Assembly: GCA_002269645.1 (NCBI GenBank)
Contig: NIVC01001659.1
Span: 1-64,000, forward strand
Source of the DNA: Macrostomum lignano
Lineage: Eukaryota
Direction: 5' to 3'
DNA: 64,000 nucleotides
Shown here one piece after another: positions 46,751-60,400 of the stretch; the stretch's first letter is position 1; each line of letters starts with the position of its first letter. The notes under the pieces were generated by a model. The model saw only the letters and a program-made list of their open reading frames with translations, was not told where the DNA came from and did no database searches. The translations under genes and the position numbers were made by a program.

Positions 46751-47410
46751 GTAGGTAGCCATGTACATCCGAAACCCACTGATCCACAATATTTATGCAC
46801 TTTTTTCTGTCTCAGCAATTCATATTTATGCTGATTGCAAGCTCTGTCTGCTCACTGCGCTTCAACCTGTATTCGAATACCTCATGGCACGCGCAGCACT
46901 TCAAGATCCCGGACAACGCAGCTCTTGCTTAAATCATGCCTAAACTGCAGCTGTGTACCGAATCCTCGCACAATAAATTTGTTAATTACAAAATAGGCAG
47001 AATTTCTTCATTTCACTTTATTTGAGTCGATGAGACCATCCCCAGGAAATCCGACTCAAATTACCGGCTCAAAGATAAACGGCCACTTTAGCAGCGTGGA
47101 TCTGCAAATCTGGGCTAAGCGTCGAGCTGAGGAGAAAAATTTGAGTCAACAAAAAATCTATGAATGACGTAAGCGTCTCAGCCGGTGGTCTGGGCTGAGC
47201 CGAACTGGCAGAAATCTGTCAAGTTTTTTGCGAAAAATTTGAGCTGCGCGTCCCCGTGGCTTAGGAAGGCCGAATGCTCGGGTTTTCAATCTCTAATTTC
47301 TCCCCACACGCAGCTCTTCCAGGTTTTACGCTTCGGTGGAGGGGGTGGATGGAGTCTGCTCGGTGCCCCAGTGGCAGCGCCCTAACGGCCGTGAAATCCT
47401 ATATATTATC

Positions 47411-47920
47411 TCTACATATAAAAATCAAAATCTCCTCTCCCCTTATACTAAAACTGACGCGATGTTTGTCTGTCTGTCTGTATGTAGTAAGTGAACTCCT
47501 ACAATTCTGCCAAGTCAGCGTTGAAACTTATATGGGAAAACTGCAAATTTTCCGGAGCAGGCTTTAGGCTATTTTAATTTTTAATTTTCACATTTTAACA
47601 TCCCTAAAAAAGCAGAAAACTGCTTTTTTAACCCCCAATAACCTTCTTTGGCTACTCTGCCTGGGGCTGAAGCCAGTTTGTAAAAATAGCCACCCCAACC
47701 TCCGCCCGCGGGCCGCTGTGTATTGAGGGGTGGTGGGTGCGCGTGTTCTGGGTTCAATGCAAATAAAACCCCCGCGTGTTGTAGGGTTCAGTTAAATTTA
47801 ATGCTTCCCCCAGAACGGGGGGTTGGGCTTGGGCTGAGTGTACATAGCAGTTGTACAGTGTAAACAGATAGATAGGACTGTGTCGAGATTCATTTGGTTT
47901 TATTATTGGCGCCTTTTTTT
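47411..47920 (+). mobile_element. Divergent partial copy of the Helitron-like repeat found at 50223 and 52113
   Basis: Shares TCTAC.TATAAAAATCAAAA, a TGTCTGTCTG tract, CCACCCCAACCTCCGCCCGC and GGGCTGA.TGTACATAGCA..TGTACAGTGT. Confidence 0.55.
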
Positions 47921-48389
47921 CTCCATAGGCATCCCTGTGTATTAGCTTAGCAGTGAAATTCAATGAATTGCGAGCTTCTCTAGCAAGCAGTCGGGAAATC
48001 GGTAAATTTCAAACGCTAACTGTTCCTTGAGTTTTAAACTTTGAGAGGAGAGACTTATATTGCTGGAAAGATCTTGCAACGCTGAGTTCTGGGATATAAG
48101 TTGTTTGCTTTAAATATGAAAAGAAAAAGCACCGCATTTAAAAAACTATTTCCATACTTTTAACTTTCTGCAAAAATTGTACTCAGTTTTGCGAGACGTA
48201 ATAGATAAAGTTGGGGAAGGGTTCAACTTCTCACTGCTGCTGTGTATTGGAGGGTTGATTTAGATTGCGCAATGTTTTGTGAACTTTAACTGAGACTGAT
48301 ACTGACTGACTGTGAAATCGGTTGCGCAATGAATTGATTCAATTAGTTCAATATTTTTATCAGTGCCTTTTAACACGAAGCTGTGCGTT

Positions 48390-48419
48390 CTAACCCTAAC
48401 CCTAACCCTAACCCTAACC
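48390..48419. repeat. Short interstitial telomeric-type (CCCTAA)n tract
   Basis: CTAACCCTAACCCTAACCCTAACCCTAACC. Confidence 0.85.
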
Positions 48420-48759
48420 AATGAATCCGGAGAGTTGAGTTGTTTGACGTCAAAAAATTCGATTGAGTCCAGTTTAGCGGAGACGATTTCAATGTTTTAA
48501 TTTTGACGGAGAGGATTTCTGTTTCGTGTAGAGGATTTCGATGGTGTTCAGTTTCACGGAGAGGATTTCGATGATGTTCAGCTTCACGGAGAGGATTTCT
48601 GTTTCGCGGAGATAATTTATGATTGATTTCTGTTGTATGGAGACGATTTTGATGGATTTAAGTTTCAAGGAGAGGATTTCGATGGTTTTCAGTTGCACGG
48701 ACAGGATTTCTGCTTCGCGGAGAGGATCTTGATGGATTTGGCATCTTCAATCAGTCAGA

Positions 48760-50040
48760 GAAGAGAGTAAAGAGAAGAATGAAAAGAGAAGAGAGATGAG
48801 ATGATAGAAAACAGTAGAAATGAGTGGAGAGATTAGACATGACAGATGGGAGAGAAGAGGGGAGTAAGGCGGGAACGAAGGAGAGAGAAGAGAAGAGAGA
48901 GAGGAGAGAGAAGAGAGAGGAGAAGGGAGAGAGAATAAAGATCAGAAAAAATGTGAGAGTTATGAGAAATAAGCAGTAAGGAGAAAGAAGAGGGTTAAAG
49001 ATAAGAGTGCAGAGAGGAGAGATGAGAGATGCAATGAGAAAAGAGAGTGAGAAAATAGGAGAGAAGAGATTAGAGAATAGAGAAGGTAGAAAATGAGAGG
49101 AGAGAAGAGAGAATAGAAAGGATAGAAAAGAGAGAAGAGAGGAGATAAGAGATGGTAGAAAGGAAGGAAGAAAGATGGAGATAAGAAAGGAAAGGGTGAG
49201 AGCATATAGGAGATATGAAAAATAGGAGCAGAGAGGAGAGAGAAAAAGAAAAGATAGAGGTTAGAGGAGAGAGATAAGAGAGTAAAGACATGAGAGAGTA
49301 AATGAGAGATGAGAGAGGAGAGAAGAGGGGAGAGATAAGAAAGAAGAGAGGAGACAGGAGACAGAAGTGAAGAGGAGAGATACATGTATGAGAGGAGATA
49401 CAAGAGACAGGAGAGGGTACAGACGAAAGACGAGGGAGAAGAGGTAAATAAGGGTGTAGAGATGAGATGAGAGAGAGGAGAGAGAAGCGAGAGGAGAAGA
49501 GAGAGGAGAGAGGAGATAAATGGAAGATCAGAGATGAGAGAGTTAAGAGAGGAAAGTAGTGAGGAGAGGAGAGATGAGAGATGCGATGAGAAAAGAGATG
49601 AGTGAGAACATAAGAGAAAAGTGATAAATAAGGGAGTAGGGGTAGAGATAAAATGAGAGAGAATTTTAATAGATTTTTGTTTCGTGGAGAGGAGCTCAAT
49701 CGATTCGCCACCTTCAGTCAGTCAGATAAGATCGATTAGAGAGAAGTGAACAGAGAAGAGAGGAGAGATGGTAGAAAAGAGAATAGATATGGGAGAGGTG
49801 GGATTACAGATGCGATGAGAAAATAGATGAGCGAGAAAAGAAGAGACAGAAGAGATTACAGAGAAGAGAAGAGAGGGGGAGAAGATGAGAGGAGAAAGGA
49901 GAAAAATGAGAGCGCAGGACGCAGAGTTGGGAGATGAGAGATGATACATAAGACAGTAGAGATGAGAGTGGACAGATGAGAGACTAGAGATGAGATAGCA
50001 AAGAGGAGAGAGGAGACAGAAGACTCTGAGTCTAGACAAT
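48760..50040. repeat. Purine-rich (GA) low-complexity tract
   Basis: Almost entirely A/G on the + strand; explains the Leu/Ser-rich minus-strand ORFs. Confidence 0.9.
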
Positions 50041-50222
50041 GGCAGTCAGTTTTTGCAAACATGGAAAACAAGATATGATATTTGAAAGGCCTTACAGAGT
50101 ATTTGGAGACGATTTGGAAGATGGGGTTTAAGTCATGGGATTTCAGCTGATGGATTTCAGGGAATGGAATTCCGGTGATGGGATTTCTTCCCCTATCTCC
50201 TCCGGAGGAGGAGTTCCACTCG

Positions 50223-52110
50223 TCTACCTATAAAAGTCAAAACTCTGTCTGTGTGTGGACAATTTTGATCGCTATGGACTCCCAAACCGCTCAACCAAAT
50301 TACACCAAACTTTACACCCACCCTAAACTTACTACGGAGAATGTCTTAGGCTACCTTTTAATTTCCTAGACTCAAGTCTTCCTATCTAAAAGTACAAAAA
50401 ACTGCTCAAAATGCGCGATTTTTTCACTAAATCCTCCATAGCGCCGCTCCACTTCTACCGATTCTCTTCAAATTTGACACAGGCAATTTTCAACTATTTT
50501 GACACAATCGTGTAAAATTTCAAATCTCAAAGTTAATCCTGAAAGCCGCTGTGCACTTTTAAAGTTAGGCTGTTTTTTTCAGCGAGGCAGCCACCCCAAC
50601 CTCCGCCCGCCTGCCTCTCTTTCCCGATCTGGGCAAAGGGTGTGAATAGGTTTTAAAATGCCTAACTTTCGGCTGCCATAGTTTTGCTCCACGTGAAGCG
50701 ATTGACTTCAAATTTGACAAAATTCTTTATTGACTCATTCTCTGCCTATATGTAAAGTCTCAACTCTGTATCTCAATCAGGACAGAAACTGTAAGCATGT
50801 GAAGTTTGTCTGCTTTTTCTGTTGTTTGTGCCGCTCACTCACTCATTCCCCCAGCTCAGACGAAGGGTCAGGCGATAGGGCTCAATGTACATAGCGAGTG
50901 TACAGTGTTTTGGAATAACTTTTTAATTGCCTTCTCTGTACCCCGCGACCGCGATTAGAGAGGCGTGGAGAGGAGAGACAGTTTAGCGAGAGATTCAAAC
51001 CACTGTCCTCTGTATAGACAAGTCTGCAACAGTTTAACTGTGGATGGCAAATCAAGAGTCAAGACAATGTGGGATGGTTTGTAAAAATAGGGAAAAATAA
51101 ATGAATAAACTGATTACAACGCAATTCTACTAAATCAGTTAGTTACAGCATGAAGCTTTTAACAATAAAATTCGCATAAGGTAACTTTAAAATTTAAATG
51201 GCCTCCTAAGATTAAGAAATGCGTATTTCCATGGTTGTTAGACTGCTGCAGACTGTGGTGGTGGAGCTGGAGATATACAAATTTCTCTCAGGGCTGCTAA
51301 TTGACCAGAAAGATGACGTGATTAAAGCATGAGAAATGATAACAACTATGATAGTACTACGTCCCACAAACTGGCTTTCGAAGCAGGGATCGGCAGATTT
51401 TTATCTCAAAGGCCAGATAAAGAATCCAACTCATGGCTACGGGCCAGATGAGAGTGAAAACTGAAAAGGAAAAGGAATAGACTATTAGAAAGGGAGGAGG
51501 GGCGAGAGGGGATAAAAGAAAAGATAGAAGATAACAGGAGAGACGTACGAGGAGGTTGAGGAGAGAGCAGAGAATATGGTACGAAGAAGCGAGAGGAGGG
51601 GAGAGAGAAGGGAGAGGAAATAGTAGAGGTGAGAAGATGGAGAGAGAAGAGGGGAGAGATGAGACAGAGGATCAATGAGAGAGGAGAGTAGAGAAGAGTG
51701 AGATGAGAGAACAAAGAGGAGATGAGAGTATCGAGAGGGGGGATTAGAAAGGATAGAGGGGAGGAGATAAGAGGGGGAGAGACGAGTGAGAAGAGAGAAG
51801 ATAGAGATGAGAGAGAGAGTTGAGAGAGATGAGAGGACAAAGGAGAGATGATAGAGTAAAGGGAAGAGGAGGAGAGAGGAAAGAGATGAGATTGTAGAGA
51901 TGAGTGAGATGAAAGGAAATTTGAGAAAGTAGAGTAGAGATGAGAGATGAAGGAAGAGAGAGCAGAGTGCGGAGTGACGAGAAAAGAGAATAGAGGGGAG
52001 AGAGTATAGAAGAGGGAAGAGAAGAGACGAGAAGAAAGAAGAAAGGATCGAGTCCTCCTGAGTCAAAAAGGGGAAAGAGAGGAGTACAAGGGGAGAGAGG
52101 TGAGAGAACA
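50223..52110 (+). mobile_element. Composite repeat unit 1: ~1.2 kb Helitron-like non-autonomous element plus ~0.7 kb GA-rich tail
   Basis: Starts TCTACCTATAAAAGTCAAAACTCTGTCTGTGTGTG...CCCAAACCGCTCAACCAAATTACACCAAACTTT (Lep1/Helitron-like 5' architecture, from memory) and is colinear with 52113-54050. Confidence 0.6.
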
Positions 52111-52112
52111 TC

Positions 52113-54050
52113 TCTACCTATAAAAATCAAAACTCTGTGTGTGTGTGTGTGGACAATTTTGATCGCTATGGACTCCCAAACCGCTCAACCAAATTACACC
52201 AAACTTTACACCCACCCTAAACTTACTACGGAGAATGTCTTAGGCTACCTTTTAATTTCCTAAATTTGAGTCTTCCTACCTAAAAGTGCAAAAAACTGCT
52301 CAAAATGCGCAATTTTTTCATTAAATCCTCCATAGCGCCGCTCCACTTCTACCGATTCTCTTCAAATTTGACACAGGCAATTTTCAACTATTTTGACACA
52401 ATCGTGTAAAATTTCAAATCTCAAAGTTAATCCTGAGCGGTGCTGTGCACTTTTAAAGTTAGGCTGTTTTTTTCAGCGTAGCAACCACCCCAACCTCCGC
52501 CCGCCTGCCTCTCCTGATCTGGGCCCAGATGTGTAAAAGGGTTTCAAAATTGACTAACTTTCAGCTGCCATAAGTTTGCTCCACGTAAAGCGATTGACTT
52601 CAAACTTGACACAATTCTTCATTGACCCATTCTCTATCTAAGTGTAAAGTTTCAACTCTGTAACTCAACCGAAAAAGAAACTGTAAGCATGTGAAGTTTG
52701 TCTGCTTTTTCTGTTGTTTGTGCCACTCACTCACTCATTGCCCCAGAGCCAGACGAAGGGTCAGGCGATAGGGCTGAATGTACATAGCAAATGTACAGTG
52801 TTTTAGAATAACTTTTTTATAGCCTTCTCGCACCCCGAGAGTGGAGAGGCTACGTTTAGCCATAACAGTTTAGTGAGAAATTCTAACCACTGCCCTCCCC
52901 TCTGTATTGGCAAACTCTGCAGCAGTTTAACACTGGATGGCAATTGGCAAATCGAGGGAATCCAGCATGGTTTGTAAAAGCGAAAGATTTATGAAAAGGC
53001 GATGCGATGCAATGCAATAAAACCCTACTAAATTAGGCACACCATGGAAATTTTAGGTTTCTTTTAAAGTTACTGTGTAAATTTTAAATGGCCTCCTAAG
53101 AAATGCGTATTTCCTTGGTTGTTAGACTGATGCAGACTGCAGTGGAGCTGAAGATACACAAATTCCTTTCAGGGCTGCAAATTGGCAAGAAAGATGACGT
53201 GATCAAAGCATGAGAACAACCATGAGAGTACTACGAGCTACGTCCCACAAACTGGCTTTCCAAGCAGGAATGGGCAGACTTTTACCTCTAAGTCCAGAAA
53301 AGAATCCAGCTTATGGCTGAGGGGCAGTTGAGAGTGGGGAGAAGAAGGAATAGACTATTCGAAAAGAGAGGAGAGGTGAGAGAGGGAATAAGATAAAAGA
53401 TAAAAGATAATAGGAGAGATGAGGGAGTGAGGACGATGAGAGGGGAGAGTAGAGAGGAGAGAGGAGAGAAGAGAGAGAGAGAGAGCGCAGAGCAGAGAGA
53501 AACGAGAAGAGATAAGAAAGAAAAGATAAAAGAAGAGAAAGGAGAGATAAAAACGCAGACAAGAGAGAAGAGAGGTGAGGGAAGAGACGAGTGACGAGGG
53601 GAGAGAGAAGAGAGAGGAGAAGAGAGAAAACGAAAAAGTAGAGAGGAGAGAGGAGAGGAGAGAGAAAAGAAAAGGGAAGAGATGAGATAAGAGATATGAA
53701 AGAGAAGAGAGATGAGGGAAGATACGAAAGAAGATAGGAGAGAGGAGAGGAGAGAGAAAAGAAAAGGGAAGAGATGAGATAAGAGATATGAAAGAGAAGA
53801 GAGATGAGGGAAGATACGAAAGAAGATAGGAGAGAGGAGAGGAAAGAGAAAACGAAAGAGTAGAGAGGAGAGAGGAGAGGAGAGAGAAAACGAAAAGTAG
53901 AGGAGACAGGAGAGAGGAGAGAAGAGAGAAGAGACAAGAGATAAGAGAGATGAAAGAGAAGAGAGAGGAGAGAAGAGAGAGGAGAGACGAGGGACGAGAG
54001 AGAAGAGAGGAAACAGAAGAGACGATAGAAATTTTAAAGGATCCAAGGGA
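52113..54050 (+). mobile_element. Composite repeat unit 2 (tandem direct duplicate of 50223-52110)
   Basis: Long near-identical stretches with scattered substitutions over ~1.2 kb, followed by a GA-rich tail with the same entry motif (CCAGA.AA(A)GAATCCA.CT). Confidence 0.75.
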
Positions 54051-55569
54051 CATAGGGGCCAGAGAGGCCAGAGTTTGCCAATACATGTTTTAGAGTCAGA
54101 CAGACATTGCCTGACATTCTGTGCAGTACCCCAGCCAACAATATCAATGTTTGCCTCAAATCCTAATTTTACACGAATGTGTCCACTTTATGTCTACCTC
54201 TATCCTACTAACTATTAACAAGTTTTTGTTTGTGTATGACCTTAGATTTCAGAATACATGCAAAAGTAGTTCCGGGGATTGAAATTCCCCGGGTTCAAAA
54301 TCCGCGGGTTTCAACAGCTTGTACTCCATATTTGAGGCGCTTGGCAAACCTTGGCTGGCCGCGATATGAACTGCGAGTTCTGTCAACACCGTCTGGCACC
54401 TTCTTCTTTCTCCTCTTCAGTCAATTTGGTTTCCCGGCGCGCAAGCAGGCGCTCCAGATTGGCGATCCAGATCATACATGCGAAACCTCCAAAATTCGGT
54501 CGGCCGTGCGACTTAGTTTTAACAAAAATGCGACGTAGTTTTTGGCCAAAATTGCGACTTACATGTAAAAAAAACCCTAAAGCAAAATTAACGCAATTTT
54601 GGGTAAACGGCAGGAGTAACTATAACTGTCTTATTAAGCCAAAATGCCTCGTCAGCTACTTAGTACTACTACTTGGGTGTTTTTTCGGGTGGGCATTTTT
54701 GCGACTTCCTTAGTTGGCCGCCAAATCGGTCGGCCGGATCGGCCGACTCGGCCGACTGTTGCGCATGTATGATCCAGATTGGGAATTGGAACCCCCCCAT
54801 GCTCTGGCCAACAGTGTTGGCTCCTTTGTTAGTTGTTCTGTGTATGAGACCATCATCATCGGGTGCATTCCTAATGTCACTAACTGCATGTGACTGTCAT
54901 GTCAGTTAGACTATTTTGGTCAAATATTCCTATTTCGTTTTTACTCTACCTGCAGTTTAACAAACTTATCGATTTTATTATCATTTTACCTTTCCTTATC
55001 AGCTAAAATTGATGCTTCAGGGCTTACGGGGGGAATTGCTGATATGGCAAGGCTTGGGGGCATTGCTAAGACACAAAGGCTGAGGTCAGAAGTCACGTAC
55101 GAGTACATTCCTTGTTGGCTCCCCCAACAGGGGGCGTAGATTGCTAGTCTATATACTAAAAATGGTTTGTCGGTAGGTGTGTGTGTGATCGATTTTAGAA
55201 AAATAAATCAACTAAAATTGATGCTTGCTTCCACATATAATTACTACTGGCAATAGCATGTAAGTAGGCAAAAACGAATGTAACTTTATAAAGTTCGCTA
55301 AAAATTTGCTAAAAATCCGTTCTCAAAATCAGATAAGAACTTGCTGCCATGCAGTTTTGGAATCGCCAGGCGCTGGGAGGAATACTAACGGAGCAAGCGC
55401 AACTCCCAGCTGTCTTATCATTCAGAGGCCCGGCTTTCCAGCGACTGCGGCTTCTTCTACAGTCAGGGGCTCGGCAAACTCCATGCATGCAAACATGCAA
55501 ACATGCAATGAACCCTATATAACTGGCTAACGGGTTCTTTGCAACTTCACAATCTGGCCAGCTCAAGGT

Positions 55570-56035
55570 TTATGTCTTCTTTCTTCTCTCGTCTCTTCTC
55601 TCACATCTCCTCTCTTTCTCTATTCTCTCCTCTCATCTCTCCCTCTATCTCTCTTCTCCTCTCATCTCTCCTCCCCCTCATCTCTCCTCTCCCTTCATCT
55701 CTCCTCCCCCCTTATCTCTTCCCCCTCATCTCTCCTCTCCCTTCATCTCTCCTTTCCCCATCTCCTCTCTTCCCTTATCTCTCCTCTCCTCTCATCTCTC
55801 CTCTCTCCCCTAATCTCTCCTCTCTCCCCTAATTTCTACTCTCTCTCTCCCTTCTCTTATTTTTTGTCTTATCTATCCTCTCTCCCCTAATCTCTTTTCT
55901 CTCCCCTCTTCACTCCTCTCTCCTCTCTTTTCTCCTCTCTCCTGTTCTTTCCTCTTCTCTCTCCTCTATTCCTTCTCCTTTACTCTCTCATCTGGCTCGC
56001 AGTTATGAGCTGGATTCTTTATCTGGCCTTAATAA
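55570..56035 (-). repeat. Inverted partial copy of the GA-rich tail and its entry motif
   Basis: CT-rich on the + strand; GAGCTGGATTCTTTTATCTGGCCTT at ~56005-56030 is the reverse complement of the motif at ~51410 and ~53290. Confidence 0.7.
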
Positions 56036-56419
56036 GGTAATACATGTAAGTTTGCCGACCCCTTTTCTAATCAAATACGAATCCAGTCTGTGAGGACCAG
56101 CTGGACTTTGGCCGTTAAAATTATTTGACAATATTTTCAACGGTTCTCTGCGGAGAAATTCTGCACGAGGAGTTGCCGCAGACGGAAAGTACTGGGCGGT
56201 AAAGTTTTTCTTTCTCAATTTGACTTTAGCAGTTTTGCAAAGAACTGTGGGTTGAATGCTAGTACACACAGTCTGAAAAGCAAAGAATCGTCTTATCTAC
56301 AGGGCAAGCAGGGGTTGCAGACCCTGAAGCTTCAGGTTGAGTAAGATTAGGAGTTAGTACCCCTGAGCAGAGTTTTGGACCCCTGAAAGCTTCAGGTGAG
56401 TAAAAGCTGGAGTCCTAAA

Positions 56420-56960
56420 GCTTCAGGGTAAGCAGCAGTTGATTCCCTTAAAGCTTCAGGGTGAACAGCAGTTGATTTCGTTAAAGCTTCAGGGTGAACA
56501 GCAGTTGATTCCCTTAAAGCTTCATGGTGAACAGCAGTTGATTCCCTTAAAGCTTCAGGGTGAACAGCAGTTGATTTCCTTAAAGCTTCAGGGTGAACAG
56601 CAGTTGATTTCCTTAAAGCTTCAGGGTGAACAGCAGTTGATTTCCTTAAAGCTTCAGGGTGAACAGCAGTTGATTCCCTTAAAGCTTCAGGGTGAACAGC
56701 AGTTGATTCCCTTAAAGCTTCAGGGTGAACAGCAGTTGATTCCCTTAAAGCTTCATGGTGAACAGCAGTTGATTTCCTTAAAGCTTCAGGGTGAACAGCA
56801 GTTGATTTCCTTAAAGCTTCGGGTGAACAGCAGTTGATTTCCTTAAAGCTTCAGGGTGAACAGCAGTTGATTCCCTTAAAGCTTCGGGGTGAATAAAATT
56901 TGATTCCCCTAAAGCTTCAGGGTGAAAAGCAGTTGATTCAAAGCTTCAGGGTGAACATAA
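56420..56960. repeat. 33-bp minisatellite (AAGCTTCAGGGTGAACAGCAGTTGATTTCCTTA) upstream of MTHFR
   Basis: Directly visible. Confidence 0.95.
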
Positions 56961-57454
56961 CTTTAAGCCTTCCTGAAGCTTCATTGTGAGTAAAAATCAG
57001 TCACTTGTCACTAATGCCGGGGCCTCCACTTTGGTTCGGATAATTAGTTGGGGAATTTCCATTCGCAAGCGAGCGCATCGTTAGATCGGATGAAAATCAG
57101 CCCCCCCCCCCGACCTTGAGCGGGGGTTGCACGCGGGCGAGGCGAGGCGGGAAATTCCTGCCCAGCAAACAATGTAGTGTACATACATTCAATGTACATT
57201 GCGGTTATCTTGAAAATCAGGGGCTTATCAAGGGAGCCCCTCGGCCGCTCAGATAAGTTCTAAATTTAGAAACGCAAGTCCCTAAAAAGAAATAGCGGGG
57301 AGAGGGTGGCTGAGTTTGATTTTGAAGAATTTTCCGCTACCCCAGACAGCGTGGAAATCCTTCGCCTGGCCTAATTTTCTCAGCTATAAATGCCAGTCAG
57401 TCAGTCAGGAAATTCTCAACCAAAGCAATATACATTCCTAGAGAACTCAGCGCC

Positions 57455-60400
57455 ATGCCAGAAAACTCGAGCTCCGTTGCCAAGATGCCGGCTAAAGAGA
57501 AGCTCCAGCAGGAGGAGCAGGAGCGGCCGCAGCCGCCAACCAGCCGCCAGTACCGCCCGCTGGCCACCCGCATCCGCCGCCGCATTGAGAAGGGCCGGCG
57601 CTGGTTCTCCTGCGAGTTCTTCCCGCCGCGCACCCCGGCGGCCGCTGTGAACCTCGTCTCCAAGTTCGACAGCTTCGCCAGGGGCCGGCCGCTGTTCTGC
57701 GACGTCACCTGGCACCCGGCCGGAAACCCGGCGGGCGACTCGCCCACCTCATCTACCTCGGTGAGAATCTCTGGAGTCTCTCAATTGGACTGGTTTTGTT
57801 TAACATTTAAGAATAACATCCAGCCTTCTCTACTTCTCCATGTAGCATTTTGAGTGCTTTTGTGTCTCCATGGCGCCTTTTTGTGTCTTCCTGGCGCCTT
57901 CTGTGCCTTACTAGCGCAATAATGGCACCTGCTGTGACTCATTGACATCTTGTGTGTCCCCATGGCGCCTTGTGTCTCCATGGCATCTTCTGTCTCCATG
58001 GCAATGGCGCCTTCTCCATGGCGCCTTGTGTCTCCATGCCACCTTGTGTCTCCATGGCTACTTGTGTCTCATTAGCATATTGTATGTCTCCATGGCGCCT
58101 TGCACCTCCATGACACCTTCTGTCTCCATGGCACCCTGTGTCTCGTTAGCATCTTGTGTCTCCATTGAGCCTTGTGTGTCTCCATGGCACCTTGTGTGTC
58201 TCCCTAAAGCTTTATGTATTCTTCTGTGGCATACTGTCTCCCTGGGCAGTTTGCGTTTCCCTGACGCCTCTACAACAGGATCTAAATTGCAGTCTCCCGC
58301 CTCATTGCCCTGCGCCAGGTGGCCTCCGCCATGCTGAACTACTGCGGCATCGACACCGTGCTGCACCTGACCTGCGTCGGCCAGACCGAGGCCCGGCTGG
58401 TGCGCGTGCTGGATCGCGCAAAGTCGCTCGGACTCAAAAACATCCTGGCGCTGCGCGGCGACCTGCCCGAAGACGCCGACGGCAACCCAGGCGGCGCCTC
58501 AGCCGCGGCCAGCGGAGGCCCGGCCTTCGCCAGCGACCTGGTGCGGCTGATCCGGCGGCGCTATGGCAGCTTCTTCTGCATCGGCGTGGCCGGCTACCCG
58601 GCGGGCCACCCGGAGGCCGCCAGCTACGCCGAGGACCTGCGCCGGCTGAAGGAGAAGGTTGGGGCGGGTTCTGTGCTGAGCACATGGCTGAGTCACTGCT
58701 CACAGCTGCTCACAGCTGTTAATTCTTGGGTTTCTCTGCTCAAATTTGTACTTGTCTGTCTCCCTCTTCTCCCTTCTCCCCTTCCTCCCTTCTCCCCTTC
58801 CTCCCTTCTCCCCTTCCTCCCTTCTCCCCTTTCCTCCCTTCTCCCCTTCCTCCCTTCTCCCCTTTCTCCCTTCTCCCCTTCCGCCCTTCTCCCCTTCCTC
58901 CCTTCTCCCCTTCCTCCCTTCTCCCCTTCCTCCCTTCTCCCCTTCCTCCCTTCTCCCCTTCCTCCCTTCTCCCCTTCCTCCCTTCTCGCCTTCCTCCCTT
59001 CTCCCCTTCCGCCCTTCTCCCCTTCCTCCCTTCTCGCCTTCCTCCCTTCTCCCCTTCCTCCCTTCTCGCCTTCCTCCCTTCTCGCCTTCCTCCCTTCTCC
59101 CCTTCCGCCCTTCTCGCCTTCCTCCCTTCTCCCCTTCCTCCCTTCTCCCCTTCCTCCCTTCTCCCCTTCCTCCCTTCTCCCCTTCCTCCCTTCTCCCCTT
59201 CCTCCCTTCTCGCCTTCCTCCCTTCTCCCCTTCCTCCCTTCTCCCCTTCCTCCCTTCTCCCCTTCCTCCCTTCTCCCCTTCCTCCCTTCTCCCCTTCCTC
59301 CCTTCTCCCCTTCCTCCCTTCTCCCCTTCCGCCCTTCTCCCCTTCCTCCCTTCTCGCCTTCCTCCCTTCTCCCCTTCCTCCCTTCTCCCCTTCCTCCCTT
59401 CTCCCCTTCCGCCCTTCTCCCCTTCCTCCCTTCTCCCCTTCCTCCCTTCTCCCCTTCCTCCCTTCTCCCCTTCCGCCCTTCTCCCCTTCCGCCCTTCTCC
59501 CCTTCCTCCCTTCTCCCTCCTCCCCTTTCTTCTCCCTTCTCCATCTCTTTTCACCAAACTAAATCAACTCGTCTGACTTCTGATCTTTCTAAGAAATAGC
59601 CTACTAAGAATAAGAGTAGCTGCTAAGCTACTAAGAGTAGCTAGTACAGAATTTCAAGCAATTTTCTTATAGGGTGTGCGATAGAAGTTGCGCACTGATA
59701 GTTGAAAAGAAAACCGAGCTGTGTGTCCACTGAGTTACTGGCTGACTCAGCTGACTCAGAGTCTCAGCTGACTCAGACTCAGCAACCGGCCCGAAGTCAC
59801 GAGCAGACTCGAATTCCCCCTCACGCAGGTGGACGCCGGCGGCGAGTTCATCATCACGCAGCTGTTCTTCGATTCGGCCGACTTCATCCGCTTCGTGTCC
59901 GACTGCCGGCGGGTCGGCATCGACTGCCCCATCATCCCCGGCGTGCTTCCCGTGCAGGGCTACCAGTCCCTGCGCCACATCGTCAAGCTGTCCAAGCTGA
60001 CGGTCCCGGACAGCATGCTGCGCGTAATCGAGCCGATCCGAGACAACGACGAGGCCATTCGCAACTACGGCATCGCGCAGTGCACGCAGATGTGCCAGGA
60101 GCTTCTGCAGAGCGGCCAGGTGCACGGTAAGACCCAGTCGGCCATCGAGTATTGGGACCATGGTAGTAATAGTTTCCCGAAATCAAAAGTATTAATTATT
60201 AGAATGGCTGATGCGCTTTCTTGGAAATTCGTCTTGCAAGTGTCAAGTCTAGATCATGGCCAACTAAAGACAAAAGATTGACCTACAAGTTTGTCCGAGG
60301 TTGACTCAAGCTTATCAGAGGTTGACTCAAGCTTATCAGAGGTTGACTCAAGCTTATCAGAGGTTGACTCAAGCTTATCAGAGGTTGACTCAAGCTTATC

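Noticed and set aside
48960-54086. Leu/Ser-rich minus-strand ORFs resembling membrane proteins
   Set aside because: They come from GA-rich low-complexity DNA and have no motifs.
54440-54795. Short inverted repeats (ATCATACATGCG / CGCATGTATGAT, TCGGCCG motifs) as a possible MITE
   Set aside because: Termini and TSD could not be defined.
58693-59599. Gly/Arg/Glu-rich and Pro/Ser/Leu-rich ORFs
   Set aside because: They are translations of the 16-bp array in MTHFR intron 2.
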